A stretch of DNA of 64,000 bases from assembly GCF_009914755.1 (NCBI RefSeq), contig NC_060929.1; one strand, 5' to 3'. This stretch comes from the human T2T-CHM13v2.0 reference genome, Homo sapiens. Positions 58,201 to 64,000 of this stretch are shown here, one piece after another (position 1 is the first letter of the stretch; the number at the start of each line of letters is the position of its first letter). The notes beneath the pieces are model-generated. The model worked only from the letters and a program-made list of their open reading frames with translations. It searched no databases and had not been told where the DNA came from. Made by a program: the position numbers and the translations under genes.

Positions 58201-59682
58201 CAGCAGATGACTGACTAATACTACTGTATGAAATCCAGAAACAAATGCTTCAACTAGGGACAAAGCATTCGAGAATTCAAAAAAGACTAAGAAAAAGAAA
58301 ATCACAGAAGAATACCTAAACTATGATTCACTTGAAATAAGGTGCAAAAATACACACTGCAGAAGTTGTAAGCAAAAGCAACAGTCAAAAGAGTGGCTAC
58401 GTCTGGGAGAATAGAAGTTAATATAATTAAGAATATGCTCAAAGGGAAGTTCAAATATTCTATTTTTCTTATTTTTCTTAATTCATACATGCATACATAA
58501 TTAGTTATAAAATTTAAGTGTATTTTATGACTAAATAAACTATTTAATCTGATTTTCATCAACAGTAGTAGTTTCTGTTTGTTTATTGATTTGTGTTTCC
58601 TCTAAAGACAGTTTCTTCTTTTCTCCGTGGAATTCAATGACTGCACTGACAATAATCCAGCAGCAGCCATGCTTTGTAGATTGATCTACTTTATGATAAT
58701 ACATGCATCTGATAAACAATAATCCCAATTTAAGTTTGAGAGCTCGTTGGAGAGATTATAGGGAGTCGATAATAACACCATGTCATTATACCATAACTAA
58801 TCATGAACATCTAAGTATAAACACTCAAACATCACCCCATATGTGAAAATCCTGACATAGACTAGGTATGATGCAGAATCTAGAAGAAAACCTGGCCACT
58901 CCTTCAGATTCTATTTTCTCCTCCATTCTAGCCACAACTTATGGATACCTGAGAGGTAATTTTTATTCATAACTTTTTAATTGTGATAGGATTTATCTAC
59001 TGCTATTTTTCTAGATTAAAATATTTTGAAATACCTTAAGGTACTTAAGACCAGGGTTGATGTTTTTCAACTATCTTTTCCTGGAAAAGCTTAATGTTCT
59101 CAGGTATGCAAATATATATATATATTCACACCTTCACATGGGATGCATCCAATACTCATATGGGACTGGCAAACTTTGCTACTGTTTCTATGCTTGCCCT
59201 AACACGTTTTCTATCAGAACCTTGACCTGGACTTCAGATCTAGCTGTACGTCCTCAGACTGATGATTTATTCCTCCTATGCTAATTTGGTTTTGATCCCT
59301 GAAATTTTTCCTCCATATTATATTTGGGTAGTTTTATTTCTTCTGCCAATTTCTATCTGAAAAACTAACGATTGTGAACTTCCCTAAGAAGAAACCCACA
59401 CTAAGTCCCTTTTCCTATTACCAAATATTTGTCTTCTAAAGGTTATACAGAAAATGACTGCTATTAGTCATTTAGTCTCAATTGACTAAGTGTTTTGTTG
59501 CAATCATTTGGGCAATATAAAGCATTTATTTTCGTGTTTCAACTCTTTGGTCTTTTTATGCCCCTTTTCTCATTTGATTGGCCAAACTGGCCTTCGTTGG
59601 TGTCTGTGCTTAGTGGTAGGCATGTTTTCTTATTTAAAAGTGTCACTGACCAGAAGGAAATAAGTTTCCCCAATGCCATTTG

Positions 59683-59725
59683 AAAACAAAACAAAACAAA
59701 AAAAAAAAACAAAATAAAACAAAAC
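59683..59725. repeat. (CAAAA)n simple repeat
   Basis: Directly visible. Confidence 0.85.
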
Positions 59726-60707
59726 TCTTCAACCTCAAATTTTCTAACCTCTTTTTCTCTACCCCCGGCCTTAAACTTCCAGGCATGGTCCCCAGCATTT
59801 TATAAAACAATTCTTTATTTACTTCTCTTCCCTACTGTCATGGTCTGTTTCATAGTAAATAAAATTGTCATAACCTTTATGTTGAGGATAAACATTCAGT
59901 TCTGCTATTTTTAAACTTGTTCTTCAAGAAATTAAGTATAACCTAGCTAGACTGTTGATCACCTTTAAGAAACCACTGGTAAAAATAAGTTATTAAGTGT
60001 ACCAGGGAGTGATACTCTTAGAAAATGGTGCAATTTCACCAATACTCTGATTTTTTTCTAAGTAATTATTTTTAACATCTTCAGTGGTCTTCTTGGGATA
60101 AAGGCTGAATAAAAATTTGACAGAACAATTTTTTAAGTAACTGAAAGAAAAAACATGTAGCTAGCGAAGCAGACTTCAATGGGATCTAGGAAGACTTGTA
60201 GATGTCAAAGTCGTTCATTGAAACAAAGTAAGATTTGGAAAGGTTAAAGGCAAAGATGTGGAATTCTGTTATTTTACTTAACCTGTGATTTCTGCCTTTT
60301 CAGTAAACAAGGTTAAGCTGTCATTTGACAGAGAGGGGCTGAAATTTCTTCAAAAAATATAATCTTATTTCTGATAAGACCTGCTTTAAGTCACTGTGTG
60401 CTGAGAAAACTTACTTCATCAAAACAAAGCTATGTTCTATGAAAACAAATTATTTCTCTTTCTATATGTGGAATATGAAGTTTTATTGCCTGGCAGGTGA
60501 AGCCATTTTTATTTTGTCCAAATGCTGTTTAAAATAGGGACATATTTCTTTGATTAAAACTGAAGAACAGACTCAAATGATATAGAAGTATGTTTCCTTG
60601 AACATGCAAAATATACTTCATGACTATGCTAATGAGTTCTCTTTCTCTTTAATATTTAGAGTTTTAACATATCCCCAAATATTATTGCTGTAAACATTTC
60701 AATTATA

Positions 60708-61018
60708 TTTTTCTTTCTTTCTTTTTTGAGACATGGTCTCAGGGTCTTGCTCTGTCACCCAGGCTGACGTACAGTGGTGCAATCATGGCTCACTGCCGCC
60801 TTGACCTCCTGGGCTCAAGCCACCCTCCTGCCTCAGCCTTCTGAGCAGCTGGGACTACAGGCATGTGCCACCACACCCGGATACTTTAAAAAAAAAATTT
60901 AGAGAAACAGGGTCTTACTATGTTGCTCAGTCTGGTCTCATATTCCTGGGCTGAAGAAATCCTACCACCTCAGGTTCCCAATGTGCTGGGATTACAGGCA
61001 TGAGCTGCCTAGCCCAGC
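60708..61018 (-). mobile_element. AluJ
   Basis: caatcatggctcactg...gacctcctgggctcaagc; TSD aattatat. Confidence 0.93.
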
Positions 61019-61449
61019 TAAATTATATATACATTTTTAAAGTCCAAGAATGAATTTTCATTTGCTTTTAAATAATTATCTCAAGTGGAACTGATTTTTA
61101 TATACATGCTAAAAAAGAGATGAAATGTAAAGAGCATAATTTATAACACAATTCTAATTTGTCATTTTATATTTAGATTTTGTCTTACTAAGTCTGAAGG
61201 AAATTCAATACACATAGTATAACTGTAAATTTTATACTTTCCTTTGTCCTTCGCATGGTGAAAAGATGAATCAAATGACCTAATCCTGGAATGGCTTGTT
61301 TTCCTTGCTTACACTTTGCAGAAAATTGATTACTTGTTAAATATAACCAAAGTGACAATTTTTTGAGGCTGGGAAAGATTAAGGGAACAATAAAGATGTC
61401 ATAATAATATAGTTACCAAATTTGCCAAAAACTTTACCTTTTTCTGTGT

Positions 61450-61645
61450 TTCACGCAGACAATTATATCTGATATTCATAACAACCCTGTGAGGTCAATA
61501 TAAAGATATTATTTCTATCTTAAATTGAAGGGAAGTGTACACAATGTGTAAATTAACATTTAAAGGTATGAAATTAGTTATAGTCACAGATTCCGGACTA
61601 CAAGTTCTGAAGCTCAGACTCCCATACATTTGTTTCCCCTACAAC
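61450..61645 (-). mobile_element. MIR fragment
   Basis: attcataacaaccctgtgaggt...tattatttctatctta. Confidence 0.55.
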
Positions 61646-62000
61646 CTCATTTAGGTAGAAATTATTTCTATTAATATTATCCTGTTCCATATTTTAATTC
61701 AAGACACTGATTGGAATCAAGAAGCTGAATCATGACCTGTTTATTTTCAAAACTGTTTGTCCTAGTAAACATTCTACTTTTCGGTATTCACTCATTCTCT
61801 CAATCCGAAACTGAGACAGCCAATGGCAAGGGGGATGCTAACTTAAGACTTGGCAAGGGAAAGAAGATAGTGATGAAGGTTGATGGGAAGGCACAGATGA
61901 GAGGAGATGCCTTTCCACAGCTTGGAAATTATATTCTGGGGAGAATTTACCTCTGTAAAAATTAGAAGAAGGTTTTGCATTGTACTTTAATCAAAATTAG

Positions 62001-62281
<281 letters not shown>

Positions 62282-64000
62282 TATACACTCTTAAAGTTTT
62301 TTTAAATTGGGTTATTTGATTGGCGTATCATAAGTCACTTACTTATCATTGTGTGCTCAATGTTGTAAAATTTATGTGCAATGGAAAAGAGAAAATATCA
62401 CTTAGGTGATGAAACGTGGGAAATTTATTCAGTGTTAGGACTCCTGAAGAAACAACTTTGCAAATTTTCTTTTATGTAAAGAAACGGGCATCTGTAAATT
62501 CATACATATTTTTTAAAATAATGGTTATAAATCTAACTTTTATAACATGGTATTGAAAATGCTTTATAAAGAGTAAAGGACTATTTTAATTTCAGTTATA
62601 ATTTTAGTGGCTTACAAAATGGATCATCAAAGCCATTTTGATTTTTAAAATTTCATGTGAAATTTAACATATTTTATATGAATAAAACTCCCCCCCCCAG
62701 CTATCTTTGGAAGACTAAAAGCAGGATTATTTACAGAAGATTAGAAATATACATTGTTGTGAAAGCTACAAAGCCAAACCACATCATTAAATAAAACCTC
62801 AGGCTCACAGGAAAGTGACTGTCACAGAGCATTTTTATGAACGCAAATTTTTTATTACTTTTTGATGAGGAAGAACATGATTAGTGACAAAGAAGAAGAA
62901 ACTGAGTTAAAAAATAAAAACTCTGAAAACAACATGACTACTTTCTATTTCTGAAAAACATTTTCTTGAATTTGTTCTGAAAAATACATGAAATATAGAA
63001 AATATTCAAACATAGGTTTCAAAGGTTGTAAAAAGTAAGCATGTAAAAATGAAACAAGAAAAAGGGAGAAACAGAAGATATAAAAGTTGGGATTTCAGGC
63101 TAAGTATACCCGTCATATTAATAAATAATTGCATCTTCATATTGTATGATTGATGCTTTTTGAAAATAAATCTGAATATAAATTATTATATAATGAAACA
63201 CAAGAGTATGTGATATTTGTGCTGATATGCATTAAAAATAATTTATTAAAAATAACTGATGTAGTCACACTAAGGCATCAATCTGGTCTTTGGTATATGA
63301 ATTTTTTTTAGTTCAAAAATATGTTTATATCTAAAACAATGATTATAGAAAATAGACACATATATCCAGTTAAGAATAAATTTATGTGAATAAATGTTGT
63401 TCTTAAAATTGTCTCTCTTGTCATTTTATTTTTGTTAAGATGAACAAATCAATAAAATTCTATGAATCCAACAATCTAAGCTGAAATGTATAATAACTAT
63501 GCCTATACCTAGAGAAGTTAAAAAACTTCTCTAGGTATAGTCCTAAAATAGGTAATTATATTTTAGAAATAATTAAAATAGTCTAATATTTTCTCTGTAG
63601 GTACACATAACTCTAGACTCTTGAATATATTGGCACTGACAGGTAGATGTTAATGAAAAATGCAGTTTTCTAAAACAGAGATCAGGCCACAGTCATATTC
63701 CTGTTTGGTGATAAAATAAACTCAATGACATTGGCTAAAGAATGAGTTTTATTCTGTCTAAAATCTCAATCCAACTTCTCTTAACATCTCACTTAATTTC
63801 CATGCATGAATCCTCTAATCCATATCAAATAATCTACATTTGGGTATCTTATTAAGTGGTCCCCTAGGCTTCTACCTCCTGCAGTTTCCCCTGCCTCTTG
63901 TATCACTCCTTGGTCCTACAGGATACAAGTGTAGCATATTACTCACACAGTTTTAATATGTTCCTCAACCTTTCATTTCATTGTATCTATCTCTTTTAGA

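Overview
Primate (probably human or great-ape) genomic DNA, not prokaryotic: AT-rich, CpG-poor, with no CpG island, recognisable protein-coding exon, RNA gene or CRISPR array. Much of the window is interspersed repeat: about 19 Alus (J, S, Y), several L1s (two large minus-strand elements at ~3.9-8.1 kb and ~26.1-32.3 kb carrying nested insertions), MaLR/ERV solo LTRs, Tigger/hAT/mariner fossils, MIR and L2. It looks like a gene desert or deep intron. The ORF-track entries I could assign are Alu, L1, LTR, Tigger or low-complexity products. I found no new multi-gene system. The strongest unexplained signals are: (1) a TSD-flanked, polyadenylated retrocopy of an unidentified cellular RNA 3' end with a twin-priming 5' inversion (9055-9705); (2) an unidentified ~105-bp A-tailed insert at an L1-endonuclease site apparently used twice (36463-36904); (3) several local templated duplications and fold-back structures (7.5, 16-17.5, 25.7/26.5, 34, 42.4-45.1, 45.5/46.4 kb). 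Repeat subfamily names come from remembered consensus sequences, boundaries are approximate, and both need RepeatMasker/Dfam confirmation.
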